Source: Candidatus Omnitrophota bacterium (GTDB lineage Bacteria > Omnitrophota > Omnitrophia > Omnitrophales > Aquincolibacteriaceae). From it: a DNA stretch of 64,000 bases. Positions 49,366 through 59,389 of this stretch are shown piece by piece; within the stretch, counting starts at the first letter, position 1, and every line of letters starts with the position of its first letter. The DNA is taken from contig DAOPYQ010000007.1 of NCBI GenBank assembly GCA_035352955.1, positions 20,164 to 84,163 of the forward strand. Direction: 5' to 3'. Both the position numbers and the translations under genes were made by a program. Below the pieces are notes generated by a model. That model was not told the origin of the DNA. It was given only the letters and a program-made list of their open reading frames with translations, and searched no databases.

Positions 49366-49725
49366 CTAAGATTTCTTCTTAACGATACGGTTCTTGCCGT
49401 CGACGTAGACGACCTTGGGCTTGTGCTTCGCGATCTCTTTTTCGGAAAAGACCCCGAACGTCAGGATGATCACGATATCCCCCGGCTTACCGTGCTTCGC
49501 GGCCCCGCCGTTCAGACATATCACCCCCGACCCGGCCGGACCCGAAATAGCGTAACTCTCGATGCGGGAACCATTATTGAGATTGGCAATGAGAACTTTT
49601 TCATAAGGGAGAACATCGGCAGCCTTCAAAAGCGCGCTGTCGATCGTAATGCTACCCTCGTATTCGATGCAAGCTTCCGTGACCGTCGCGCGGTGGATCT
49701 TGCTTTTAAGTAATTGTCGCTTCAT
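49366..49725 (-). CDS. panD: Aspartate 1-decarboxylase
   Basis: MKRQLLKSKIHRATVTEA...YEGSITID (Gly-Ser self-processing site). Confidence 0.88.
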   Translation of the reverse strand: MKRQLLKSKIHRATVTEACIEYEGSITIDSALLKAADVLPYEKVLIANLNNGSRIESYAISGPAGSGVICLNGGAAKHGKPGDIVIILTFGVFSEKEIAKHKPKVVYVDGKNRIVKKKS

Positions 49726-50609
49726 AGAGATTTTGCTCCTCGGCTGAATGATTGGGCTGGGATTATAACATTATCGATCAGCCTTGTCTTGCCAACAAAA
49801 CAGGCCGTCAGGACAGCCATCGGCCGGCGACTCCCCTTCAGCGGAACGAGCGTTACGGGATCCACCACCGCGAAATACTGCAACAGGTCCACGTTTTCCG
49901 TCAACCCGCGGACCGCCTGCACTTTAAGTTTTTGAAGTGACATTTTCTTCCGGAGCACCCCGGCACAAAACTCAAAAAGGGTCCGCGAGATCGCCACCGC
50001 ACGACGCCGGTCAGCGCGGCTCAGATAGCGGTTACGCGAACTCATCGCCAGCCCGTCACGCTCCCGGACCGTCGGAAGCATCCGTACCTTCACGTCCATC
50101 CCCAGGTCCTTTACCATCTGACAGATCACGGCAACCTGCTGGTAATCCTTGGCCCCAAGATAAAGCCAGCAAGCCCCCGTAATACCCAGCAGCTTTGCCA
50201 CAACTGTCACGACGCCCTGAAAGTGTCCGGGACGGAATTTCCCGCATAGGCCTTTCGCGAGCCGCGGCCACTTTGCGCCCTTGATCTTCCGCGGTTTCGC
50301 GAGCCCCTCGGGGTACATCGCACCGACCGCAGGACAAAAAAGATAATCAGTCCCGGTTCGCCGGAGCATTTCCGAGTCGGCTCCGAGAACGCGTGGGTAC
50401 TTCGTGTAATCCTCCTTGGGGCCAAATTGCGTGGGATTGACAAAAATGCTCACAACCGTGATGTCGTTCTCACGGTTCGACCCTCGGACGAGGGAAAGAT
50501 GCCCTTTATGGAGCGCACCCATCGTCGGAACGAACCCGACGCTTTTGCCACGGGACCGCTCTTGTTCGAGCAAGTCGTGAAGCTTTTTTGGATTTCGAAT
50601 GATTTTCAT
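49722..50609 (-). CDS. panC: Pantoate--beta-alanine ligase
   Basis: PTMGALHKGHLSLV (HxGH). Start trimmed to MKIIRN; 4-nt overlaps with both panD and folK. Confidence 0.88.
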   Translation of the reverse strand: MKIIRNPKKLHDLLEQERSRGKSVGFVPTMGALHKGHLSLVRGSNRENDITVVSIFVNPTQFGPKEDYTKYPRVLGADSEMLRRTGTDYLFCPAVGAMYPEGLAKPRKIKGAKWPRLAKGLCGKFRPGHFQGVVTVVAKLLGITGACWLYLGAKDYQQVAVICQMVKDLGMDVKVRMLPTVRERDGLAMSSRNRYLSRADRRRAVAISRTLFEFCAGVLRKKMSLQKLKVQAVRGLTENVDLLQYFAVVDPVTLVPLKGSRRPMAVLTACFVGKTRLIDNVIIPAQSFSRGAKSL

Positions 50610-51082
50610 GATTTTCCAGGCAAGGGCTCGAGATAATTCAAAAGTTCTTTCACAGTTTTCTTCAACACTGGATGCGTCCATTCCGGCGCAAGATCACAAA
50701 AAGGCTGGAGAACAAAAACGCGCTCATGCATCCGGGGATGCGGAACGGTTAGATCTTTTTCGCGGATCACTTCGTTCCCATACGCCAGCAGATCCAGGTC
50801 CAGAATCCGGGGGCCATTCTTTTCCTTCCGCTCCCGGCCAAGCTGCGTTTCGATCTGCTGAAGATGTTCCAATAATCGTTCGGGATCAAGATCCGTTTCG
50901 ATCCGCCAGACCGCGTTCAAATAGTTTCCCTGCTTGGGACCGCCGACCGGATCGGTCTCCCGGATACTTGAACTTCCTGTGATCCGGACCCCGCGCACAC
51001 TCCCCAGAAAATCCTTTGCACGCTGGATGTTCTTTTCCCGGTCACCCAGATTGGAACCGATCCCGATAAAAACAGTAGGCAT
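50606..51082 (-). CDS. folK: 6-hydroxymethyl-7,8-dihydropterin pyrophosphokinase
   Basis: MPTVFIGIGSNLGDREKNI ... ILDLDLL ... HPRMHERVFVLQP. Confidence 0.85.
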   Translation of the reverse strand: MPTVFIGIGSNLGDREKNIQRAKDFLGSVRGVRITGSSSIRETDPVGGPKQGNYLNAVWRIETDLDPERLLEHLQQIETQLGRERKEKNGPRILDLDLLAYGNEVIREKDLTVPHPRMHERVFVLQPFCDLAPEWTHPVLKKTVKELLNYLEPLPGKS

Positions 51083-51149
51083 GCGGTTCACCCTGCACAA
51101 GACCCGGTCTTCTCTAGATCAAGACCGGATCTTGTCATGGAATGGGACA

Positions 51150-52361
51150 TCAAAGTTTGCAGTAATGCGGATGGCTTTTTTTGATCCGGTCGAGGGCTTC
51201 CATGATCCGCGACTCGGCCATGGTAAGCGATATGCGGAAATAGCCCTCCCCATTCGGCCCGAACCCGTTCCCGGGCGTGACAACAATGTTCAGTTCTTCC
51301 AGGAACTTCAGAGCGAGTTCGGACGAAGTATACCCCGGCGGCACTGGGATCCAACAGTAGAACGTCGCGCGCGGCGCTTCGATCTTCCACCCTAGGCTCC
51401 GGAGCCCATTGACCAAGAGATCACGCCGCGCCTGATAGATCTTCAGATTCTTTTCGAGGGCCGGCTGCCCCTCCTGAAGCGCCTTGATCGCCGCGATCTG
51501 AACGGCTTGAAAAATACCGGAATCCAGGTTCGATTTTACTTTTCCGAGCAGCGCAAGGACCTGCGCGTTTCCGACCGCGAACCCGACGCGCCAGCCGGTC
51601 ATGCTGTAGGTTTTGGAAAGGGAAAAAAGTTCGACGGCGATCTCCTTGGCCCCCGGCACCTGGAGAATACTCGGCGACTGGTAGCCTTCGTATCCCATCT
51701 CCGAATATGCCGCATCATGCGCGATGAGGATCCGGTGCTCCTGCGCGAATTTCACCACATCCTCAAAGAACGATTTATTCACCACCTGCGACGTCGGATT
51801 GTTCGGGTAGTTGAGGAACATCAGCTTTGCATTCTTCAAAATATCCGCCGGGATCAAGCTGAGATCGGGAAGGAATTGGTTCTTCTCGAGAAGAGGCATC
51901 GTGTACGGGATCCCTTCCGCGAAAAGCGTTCCGGACCGGTAGACCGGATAACCCGGATCCGGGATCAAACACACCTCGCCGGGGTTCAGAACGGCAAGCG
52001 GCAGATGACCGATGCCTTCTTTAGAGCCGATGAGCGGCAGGATCTCCTTGTCCGGATCAAGCTTCACTCCGAAGCGGTTCTGGAACCAGTCACGGATCGC
52101 GTGACGCAATTCCGGCATCCCCTGATCAAGCGCGTAGCGATGATTGCGGGGGTTCGTGGCGGCCTGCCGAAGAGCTTCAACGATAAAATCCGGCGTCGGG
52201 ATATCCGGGTCCCCCACGCCAAGATCGATCACGTCTTTGCCTTTAGAGATCAACTCACGTTTCTTGCGGTCGATTTCCGCAAAAAGGTAAGGCGGCAATT
52301 TCTGGAGGCGTCCGGTGGGCTCAAAAGAGATCGGTTTCGTGAACATGGGATGTCCTATCAA
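51150..52361 (-). CDS. Class I/II PLP-dependent aminotransferase, LL-diaminopimelate aminotransferase (DapL)-like
   Basis: LFAEIDRKKRELISKGKDVIDLGVGDPDIPTP N-terminal pattern typical of DapL; ~400 aa fold-type I aminotransferase. Confidence 0.65.
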   Translation of the reverse strand: MIGHPMFTKPISFEPTGRLQKLPPYLFAEIDRKKRELISKGKDVIDLGVGDPDIPTPDFIVEALRQAATNPRNHRYALDQGMPELRHAIRDWFQNRFGVKLDPDKEILPLIGSKEGIGHLPLAVLNPGEVCLIPDPGYPVYRSGTLFAEGIPYTMPLLEKNQFLPDLSLIPADILKNAKLMFLNYPNNPTSQVVNKSFFEDVVKFAQEHRILIAHDAAYSEMGYEGYQSPSILQVPGAKEIAVELFSLSKTYSMTGWRVGFAVGNAQVLALLGKVKSNLDSGIFQAVQIAAIKALQEGQPALEKNLKIYQARRDLLVNGLRSLGWKIEAPRATFYCWIPVPPGYTSSELALKFLEELNIVVTPGNGFGPNGEGYFRISLTMAESRIMEALDRIKKSHPHYCKL

Positions 52362-52607
52362 GGGTTAAAATCCATTCGAGAACGGTGCTTGAGGGCAGGA
52401 TTATAACAAAGTTAAAACCGCTTGGGAACAGTGTTCCCTGAAGAGAGCTATTCGGGAAAAACGAAGGACGGATCAAGAAAATGGAGTTCGTAGGCCTTGA
52501 GCCGGACCTCGTCACGGATCCATGAAATACGGGTCTTGAGATAGAGCGAATAAACATCCAGGAGTTCGTTGAGTTTCAATTCGGCTTCACTCATTCGGGG
52601 AATCTCT

Positions 52608-53402
52608 TCAGTTCAGTTTCGCAGGATCAAAGCGGAATTGGGGGTCGAGCCCCTTAAGTTCCCTGGCCAATTCAAGGATACGGTTCCTCACACAGCCGTC
52701 ATGCGTGGCAAGCCACCGCTGGTAGGACTCGAGGAACTGGTCCAGCTTGATCTCGCGCCGGTGTTCGTCCTCATAATGTTCGAGCTGCTGGAAAAATCTC
52801 TGGAACGCTTGGTCGCGAAAACAGTCGATAAATTTAAAATAGTCTTCCCGAGCGCCAGAAAGGATGTTGAAATAAAGATCGAGATTTTCCGCGATCTTCC
52901 CCAACACTTCCCCCACGCCGGTTTTTTTATCATAAACGACCTCATGGCATTTGCAGGCGTGACGGTAATACATCCTCGCAGCCATCCGCTTTTCATCCGG
53001 TTTGTCTTTCTTTGAAAAAAAACGTTTTCCCTTCGCTAATTCCGGATCAAGGATCGTCGACTGGATCAGCAAATGATCCGCGTTCACTTTAAAGATAAAA
53101 TAGCGGAGCATCGGGTCATCGGTATCCCGGACCCACTCAAAGACCTCTTCCGGCCTTGACGAAATGAACGGATCCGCCATCTCGTGATATTCGGGAAGCG
53201 AGGTGGCGAAGAGGAGGTGCGCAAGATAGATGTTCACGTCTTCATCGAAACGGTTCCCGCAAGCGAACGCCGGGTCCTGATCACGGACTTTCAGGATCGA
53301 TTCCAGAAGAAAATAAATGGCAGACTCACGCTCTTCACTTGAAAGATTGGCGTAAAGAAATGCCTTATGCGATTCCTGTTTTTCCTGTTGGTTTTCGTTC
53401 AT
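52608..53402 (-). CDS. Hypothetical protein (264 aa)
   Basis: ORF preceded by a strongly AT-rich 180-bp intergenic region; no recognisable motifs. Confidence 0.45.
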   Translation of the reverse strand: MNENQQEKQESHKAFLYANLSSEERESAIYFLLESILKVRDQDPAFACGNRFDEDVNIYLAHLLFATSLPEYHEMADPFISSRPEEVFEWVRDTDDPMLRYFIFKVNADHLLIQSTILDPELAKGKRFFSKKDKPDEKRMAARMYYRHACKCHEVVYDKKTGVGEVLGKIAENLDLYFNILSGAREDYFKFIDCFRDQAFQRFFQQLEHYEDEHRREIKLDQFLESYQRWLATHDGCVRNRILELARELKGLDPQFRFDPAKLN

Positions 53403-53579
53403 TTTTTTTAACCTTTATTTATATAGCAATACATAACATTAATATATTACTATATAGTTCCTTACCACTATCAAAAAAATAGCATAGCATTAGCTAAAAG
53501 TCAAACCTAACAAATTAATATTTTTATCTATCTAAGTCATTTAAAACAAACGACTTGGAGAAAATTTTAGGAGGGCTAT

Positions 53580-54341
53580 TTAGGAAATTTTAAGGGCGGG
53601 CTTGATGGACTCAAGAAATTTCCGGGTTTTAAGCACTTTCCCAAGACGGTAGTTCAGGAACTGGATCATGAAGAACCGGATTTGGTTTTCGATAAGAGGA
53701 GTGTGTGTGGCCCGGAGACAATCGTCGATTTCATCCTTACTGTAGGACCGCAGAACCGAAAGAACAGCGGCGTTCATCGGCTGTGCTGAGGTATCTTCGC
53801 TTCGGCATTTCTCGCAAAGCAGGGCGCCTTGACGGACGGAAAAATAACCCTGTTCAAGCGGCCTGGCACCGCACCCGAGACAGCTTTCCAAATAAGGGAG
53901 CCACCCCATTTCCCTAAGCAACTTGATCTCGAACAAGGATGCGAGACGCTGGGGTGCAATGACCGGCAGAAACCGGAACGCTGCCTTCAAAAGATCGAAA
54001 AGCTTCGGGTGGGGGTCATGAACTTCCGTTAGCTCGTCCACGAGTTCGCAAAAATAGCTGGCAAAAGCGATCGACTCGAGACGGTTCCGGAGAGCGTTGT
54101 TGCTGTCGAGGATCGCAGCATCCGAGATCAGGTGAAGGTCTGAACGCTTCTTCTCGTAAAAAATGAATTCCGCGTGGGTGAAAAGTTCGAATCCAGCCTG
54201 GCGGCGCTCCCCTTCCCGGTGCACCCCTTTGACCACCCCGCGAACTTTCCCGAACCCCGGGGTAAAGAACGTGATGATCAGAGAGCTCGACCGGAACGGC
54301 AGGGTCTTAAGAATAATGGCTTCGGTCTTATGGATGCTCAT
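53580..54341 (-). CDS. recO: DNA repair protein RecO
   Basis: N-terminal OB fold (MSIHKTEAIILKTLPFRSSS) and C-terminal Cys4 zinc motif (CLGCG...CEKC). Confidence 0.8.
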   Translation of the reverse strand: MSIHKTEAIILKTLPFRSSSLIITFFTPGFGKVRGVVKGVHREGERRQAGFELFTHAEFIFYEKKRSDLHLISDAAILDSNNALRNRLESIAFASYFCELVDELTEVHDPHPKLFDLLKAAFRFLPVIAPQRLASLFEIKLLREMGWLPYLESCLGCGARPLEQGYFSVRQGALLCEKCRSEDTSAQPMNAAVLSVLRSYSKDEIDDCLRATHTPLIENQIRFFMIQFLNYRLGKVLKTRKFLESIKPALKIS

Positions 54342-54350
54342 GCAGAAGAT

Positions 54351-54809
54351 CTAGTTGTTCCGGTCGACGCGGGAGAGAAGTTGCTTCTGCTTTTGGTGCA
54401 TCTTCTTCGAAGCCGCGCGGGTCTTGTCCTTATAACCGAGAAGATGGAGGATCCCGTGACAGAGACAGTAATGAAGTTCTTCCTCGAACGTGTGATCATA
54501 TTCCGCAGCCTGTGCGCGAATCGTCGAAAGACAAAGGGCGATGTCCCCGAGAAAATCGACACGCTTCGCCTTGAAAGCACGCGCCGCGGGATCAAGCTCG
54601 CTGAAGGCCAGGACATCCGTCGTCCTGGCGTGCCGGAGATACCGCTGATTGAGAACACGCATTCGTTCACTGCCGACAAGAAGGACGCTCAGGACCGCTT
54701 TTTTAAAACCAAGGTCCCGGAGGATCTTCCCGGCGATCTTCTTGAGGGTTATTTCGGAGACCTTGATACGGGGACATTCCTGATGGATTGAAATCTCAAA
54801 AGCCATCAA
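54351..54809 (-). CDS. ybeY: rRNA maturation endoribonuclease YbeY
   Basis: HGILHLLGYKDKT zinc-binding motif. Confidence 0.85.
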   Translation of the reverse strand: MMAFEISIHQECPRIKVSEITLKKIAGKILRDLGFKKAVLSVLLVGSERMRVLNQRYLRHARTTDVLAFSELDPAARAFKAKRVDFLGDIALCLSTIRAQAAEYDHTFEEELHYCLCHGILHLLGYKDKTRAASKKMHQKQKQLLSRVDRNN

Positions 54810-54831
54810 TAGACCTCAGAGCAAGCAGGGG

Positions 54832-55806
54832 TTAGGATACGTTCGATGGTTTTTTCCGTTCGAACTTCTCATACGCCTTGATAATCTCCTGAACGAGAGG
54901 ATGACGCACAACGTCCGTGTCGTTCAGGTAGATGAACTGGATATCCGGGATATCGGCCAGGACCGTGCGGATCTCGACAAGCCCGGATTTTTTTCCGGTC
55001 GGAAGATCGATCTGCGTGATGTCCCCGGTGATCACGACCTTCGAAGTCTGCCCGAAACGAGTGAGGAACATTTTCATCTGGCTCGGCGTGCAGTTCTGAG
55101 CCTCATCCAGAACCACGTAAGAATCGTTCAGAGTCCGGCCGCGCATATAAGCGATCGGGGCGATCTCAATGGCCCCGCGCTCCGTGAAACGCGCCACTTC
55201 GTCGAACTCGAGCATATCGTAAAGCGCGTCATAAAGCGGGCGGAGGTACGGATTCACTTTTGCCGCAAGATCGCCCGGAAGGAACCCAAGGTTTTCGCCC
55301 GCTTCAACCGCCGGACGCGTCAGGATGATCCGCGCTACGTGTTTTTTCTTGAGCGCATCAATTGCCGCGGCCATCGCAAGGTACGTCTTGCCGGTTCCCG
55401 CAGGTCCGATCCCGATCACGATGTCCTTCGACTGCATGGCCTTGAGATACGCCAACTGGTTTTCGCTACGCGCCTGGATCACTTTGCCCCGATGAAAAAA
55501 ATGGATCCCCCCGGGACGCGGCGACAGGGAAATCTCGGGCTTCGCTGTTTTGGCGGGAGCTTCCTCATGTTCATCTTTGGCCCGGGACTGATATCCCCCG
55601 CGACGAACCATTTCAAGAAGACGGACAAAAAAACGGCTCGCGTCCTCAACGTTGCTCTTTTCGCCCATGATCTTCAGCTTGTCGTTCCGGGCGACGATCT
55701 TGACGCGATAATCCTTTTCGGCCTGACGGACGTTCTTGTCAAGGTTCCCGTAGAGCGCGTTCGCCTCTTCGTTCGAGTGGAGCTTAATGATCTTCTGCAA
55801 GGTCAA
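54832..55806 (-). CDS. phoH: PhoH-family ATPase
   Basis: Walker A GPAGTGKTYLA; conserved ybeZ(phoH)-ybeY gene order. Confidence 0.88.
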   Translation of the reverse strand: MTLQKIIKLHSNEEANALYGNLDKNVRQAEKDYRVKIVARNDKLKIMGEKSNVEDASRFFVRLLEMVRRGGYQSRAKDEHEEAPAKTAKPEISLSPRPGGIHFFHRGKVIQARSENQLAYLKAMQSKDIVIGIGPAGTGKTYLAMAAAIDALKKKHVARIILTRPAVEAGENLGFLPGDLAAKVNPYLRPLYDALYDMLEFDEVARFTERGAIEIAPIAYMRGRTLNDSYVVLDEAQNCTPSQMKMFLTRFGQTSKVVITGDITQIDLPTGKKSGLVEIRTVLADIPDIQFIYLNDTDVVRHPLVQEIIKAYEKFERKKPSNVS

Positions 55807-55815
55807 ATCCTTTCG

Positions 55816-57609
55816 TTAAGAAGCTTTGGGACGTTCAATCCACATCCGCTTCGCGTCAATGCCGAGTTCCTTTAACTGCCGATCCGTCGCGGGCGACGGC
55901 GCGTCGGTCATCAGGCACGTGCCCTTCTGCGTCTTCGGGAAAGCGATCACTTCACGTATCGAATCCCGGTTCATCAAAAGCGTCACAAGCCGATCCACCC
56001 CGATCGCCAAGCCTCCGTGCGGCGGCGCGCCGAATGTGAGCGCCTTCAACAAAAACCCGAATTGGGCCTCCGCCTGTTCCGGCGTGAAATTCAAAAGCTG
56101 AAAGATCTTCGACTGAACGATCTGGTCATGGATACGGATACTCCCGCCGCCGGTTTCCGTTCCGTTGATGATCAGATCATACGCCCGCGCCCGGACCTTC
56201 AGCGGTTCCTTATCAAGCAACGGAACATCTTCCGGTTTCGGGGACGTGAACGGATGATGGCACGCATCACAACGTTTTTCTTCCTCGTTCCAGTCAAACA
56301 GCGGAAAATCCACGACCCACAAAAGCTCGAACTTGCCCTCGGGGATCATCTTGTATTTGTCCGCGAGCGAACAACGGAGCGCGCCCAGGGCCGTGACGGC
56401 AAGCTTAAATTTGTCGGCAACGATAAAAAGAATGTCGCCCGCTTTTGCCCCGGAAGTTTCGAGGATCTTCTGGATCCGCGCCGCATCAAAGAACTTCTGG
56501 ATCGGAGACTCGACCTGTCCCGCCCCGGTCACCTTGAACCACGCAAGCCCTTTGGCGCCGTAATCCTGCTGGAGCCATTTGGTCAGATCGTCAAAATCTT
56601 TCCTGGAAAATTCCACCCCGGCCGGCGGCGTGAAGCAAAGCCCACGGATCTGGCCGCCGTTTGTGATCGTTTCATCGAAGACGCGAAAACCGCTTTTCTC
56701 GAAAACCGCGGTCAAGTTCTTGATCTCCATCCCGTATCGGAGGTCCGGCTTGTCACAGCCGTATTTGTCCATCGCCTCCTGGTAAGTCATCCGCCTGAGC
56801 GGCAGCTGAATGTCGATCTTCTTGGCATGCTTAAAGATATGCCCGACCATGCCCTCGACCGCCCCCATAATGTCTTTCTCATCGATGAACGACATCTCAA
56901 GATCGATCTGGGTGTGCTCGGGTTGGCGGTCCTTGCGAAGATCCTCGTCACGAAAACAACGAGCGATCTGATAATAGCGGTCATACCCCGAAACCATCAG
57001 GAGCTGCTTAAAAAGCTGCGGGGACTGCGGCAGGGCGTAAAACGTCCCGGGGGTGAGACGGGAGGGTACGAGGAAATCGCGCGCGCCTTCGGGCGTGCTT
57101 TTTGTCAGGTATGGCGTCTCGACCTCGATAAAACCCAGCTTGTCCAGATATTCGTGAACCAGCTTAAGTGCACGGTGACGGAAAGTCAGATTCTCGACCA
57201 TCTCCCGGCGGCGGAGGTCCAGAAAACGGTACTCGAGACGGAGCTCTTCGCCCACGGTCTTTTCTTCAAGTTCGAAAGGCAGCGGCTGACACGGATTCAG
57301 GATCTCGACTTCTTCGGCCACCAGCTCGATCTCGCCTGTCGGGATCTTCGCGTTGACCGTCCCCGTGGGACGACCTTGAACTTTCCCCTTCACGCGGATC
57401 ACAAATTCCGAGCGGAGCGATTCCGCCGTTTTGTGCATCTCCGCGTTCATCTGCGGATTGAACACCACCTGGGTGAGACCCCAGCGATCGCGAAGGTCCA
57501 CAAAGATCAGGTTCCCGTGGTCGCGACGGGTATCCACCCATCCGGCCAAAGTTTCTTCTTTTCCGACAGAACTTTTATTCAATTCCCCGCACGTCACCGT
57601 CCTCAGCAT
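55816..57609 (-). CDS. aspS: Aspartyl-tRNA synthetase
   Basis: N-terminal OB anticodon-binding domain; class II motifs including GGGSIRIHD. Confidence 0.92.
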   Translation of the reverse strand: MLRTVTCGELNKSSVGKEETLAGWVDTRRDHGNLIFVDLRDRWGLTQVVFNPQMNAEMHKTAESLRSEFVIRVKGKVQGRPTGTVNAKIPTGEIELVAEEVEILNPCQPLPFELEEKTVGEELRLEYRFLDLRRREMVENLTFRHRALKLVHEYLDKLGFIEVETPYLTKSTPEGARDFLVPSRLTPGTFYALPQSPQLFKQLLMVSGYDRYYQIARCFRDEDLRKDRQPEHTQIDLEMSFIDEKDIMGAVEGMVGHIFKHAKKIDIQLPLRRMTYQEAMDKYGCDKPDLRYGMEIKNLTAVFEKSGFRVFDETITNGGQIRGLCFTPPAGVEFSRKDFDDLTKWLQQDYGAKGLAWFKVTGAGQVESPIQKFFDAARIQKILETSGAKAGDILFIVADKFKLAVTALGALRCSLADKYKMIPEGKFELLWVVDFPLFDWNEEEKRCDACHHPFTSPKPEDVPLLDKEPLKVRARAYDLIINGTETGGGSIRIHDQIVQSKIFQLLNFTPEQAEAQFGFLLKALTFGAPPHGGLAIGVDRLVTLLMNRDSIREVIAFPKTQKGTCLMTDAPSPATDRQLKELGIDAKRMWIERPKAS

Positions 57610-58889
57610 AAATGCATCACCTTTTTAAAATGAGAAAGGACCTGTTCGGTCGCGATCTCGGTTTGTTCTTTCATTTCGAGGTCTTTGACCACCACTACTT
57701 TTTTCTGAAGCTCGTCCGGCCCCACAATCATCACGAACCGGACACCGAGCTGGTTCGCCTTTTTGAGATGCTGGCTCAGGGAAAAGGCCCCGGGAACTGT
57801 TTCGATCCGGATCCCCGCTTCGCGAAGCCTCACCGCCTCCTCCCGGCAGAACCGGAGGATCGACGGCGCGTCCTGAAGCGGCGCCAAATAAACTTTTTTC
57901 TTTTTCAAGACCTCGAAAAGCGCCGGATCCTGGCTCTCAAGCGCCGTCAAAAGCCGTTCTAGTCCGATGCTAAACCCCGTGCACGGCGTCGACTTTCCGC
58001 CGAGGTCCTGATACAAACGATCGTACCGTCCCCCGCCCGCCACCGCGTTCTGGGCGCCAAGCCCTCCGGCCGTGATCTCAAACACCACGCCGTTGTAATA
58101 ATCGAGCCCCCGGACCAACCGGCGGCTCACATGGAACGGGATACCGCTATCTTCGAGCTTGTTCGCGAGTTGCTTGAACCTTTCGCTCAGCGGAAAAAAA
58201 TCCTCCCATGGAGCGTTTTCGATCACGGGCTGGCACTCCGCGACTTTGCAGTCAAAAATACGCAACACGTTCTTTTCAAGACGCCATTGGCAGTCCTTGC
58301 AAAGATGCTGCTTGGCCCCGGAGAAATATTCCGTCAGCGATTGAAGCACCCTGACGCGGTCTGCTTCTTCGCCCAGGTCGTTTAGATTGAGCTGGATCTG
58401 TTTGAGACCCGCATACTGGAGAAACCGGTAGAGAAACGAGATGATCTCGAAATCCGCGTGCGCGGCTTCGTTCACGATCTCGGCACCGACTTGATGGAAC
58501 TGGCGTTTGCGGCCCGCCTGCGGACGTTCCGCGCGAAACATAGGGCCGATGTAATAAAACCGCAAGGACTTCGCCTGGCTCAGAAGGCCTTTTTCGATCA
58601 CCGCGCGCGCAACAGACGCGGTCATCTCGGGACGCATCGTCATGGCGCGCTGGCCACGATCTTCGAAAGAAAACATTTCTTTGTGAACGATATCGGAAGA
58701 CTGACCGATGGAGCGGACAAAAAGTTCGGTGGGTTCGAGGATAGGGGTGCGAATCTCCTTGAATCCGGAAGCTTCAAAAAAAACACGGGCCTTTTCTTCG
58801 ACCCACTGCCACTTTTCAGTCTCTCCCGGCAGAAGATCGTCCATGCCCGGGAAACCTTGGAATTTAGCTGTCATAAGATCGGAGTCCAA
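57603..58889 (-). CDS. hisS: Histidyl-tRNA synthetase
   Basis: Class IIa motifs (AVAGGGRYDRL); overlaps aspS by 7 nt. Confidence 0.9.
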   Translation of the reverse strand: MDSDLMTAKFQGFPGMDDLLPGETEKWQWVEEKARVFFEASGFKEIRTPILEPTELFVRSIGQSSDIVHKEMFSFEDRGQRAMTMRPEMTASVARAVIEKGLLSQAKSLRFYYIGPMFRAERPQAGRKRQFHQVGAEIVNEAAHADFEIISFLYRFLQYAGLKQIQLNLNDLGEEADRVRVLQSLTEYFSGAKQHLCKDCQWRLEKNVLRIFDCKVAECQPVIENAPWEDFFPLSERFKQLANKLEDSGIPFHVSRRLVRGLDYYNGVVFEITAGGLGAQNAVAGGGRYDRLYQDLGGKSTPCTGFSIGLERLLTALESQDPALFEVLKKKKVYLAPLQDAPSILRFCREEAVRLREAGIRIETVPGAFSLSQHLKKANQLGVRFVMIVGPDELQKKVVVVKDLEMKEQTEIATEQVLSHFKKVMHLC

Positions 58890-59016
58890 CCACCCTTTCG
58901 GTTTGTCCCATCATACTAAAAGAGAACGCGCTTTTCCACAACGCCAAATTCCGCCGTGTAAGCAGTCTTCTCCTGAATGAGATTTGACGGAAGAAAATCC
59001 AGCGGCCGGAAAACAG

Positions 59017-59196
59017 TTAGAAGCTGAATTTACGGGTCTTGGAGGTGCGGGCTTTGCGGCGCCTCTTCTCAGAAGGCTTCTCGTAGTTCTTACGTGCCTT
59101 GAGAAGCTTCAGGATCCCTTCGCGCTCCATTTTCTTTTTCAAGCGCTTCAGGGCTCTTTCAAGAGGCTCATGCTCTCCAACATCGACTTTTAACAC
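59017..59196 (-). CDS. rpsU: 30S ribosomal protein S21
   Basis: GTG-initiated 59-codon ORF absent from the ATG-only track: VLKVDVGEHEPLERALKRLKKKMEREGILKLLKARKNYEKPSEKRRRKARTSKTRKFSF, with GAGGGTG about 6 nt upstream. Confidence 0.8.
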   Translation of the reverse strand: MLKVDVGEHEPLERALKRLKKKMEREGILKLLKARKNYEKPSEKRRRKARTSKTRKFSF

Positions 59197-59389
59197 TCGG
59201 TATCACCCTCTCTGGTGTGGATTGATTTGAGGCGGTATTATACGGAATCGACCGCCATAAGCAAAGGAAATAAACGCCTACGCGAAAAACACCCGCCTCG
59301 ACAGAAACGCCGCACCGGCACAAAATAAAACTTCACGACCCGCTGCTAATAAAGATGGCGAATTCTCATAAAAATATTAAAATAAAAGC

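Noticed and set aside
46792-49382. Plus-strand ORFs 46792-47790, 46914-47453, 48459-49382
   Set aside because: Antisense to uvrA and the aspartate dehydrogenase gene; Arg/Pro-rich translations.
56017-57633. 538-aa plus-strand ORF
   Set aside because: Antisense to aspS.
58984-59193. 69-aa plus-strand ORF
   Set aside because: Antisense shadow of the GTG-initiated rpsU gene.
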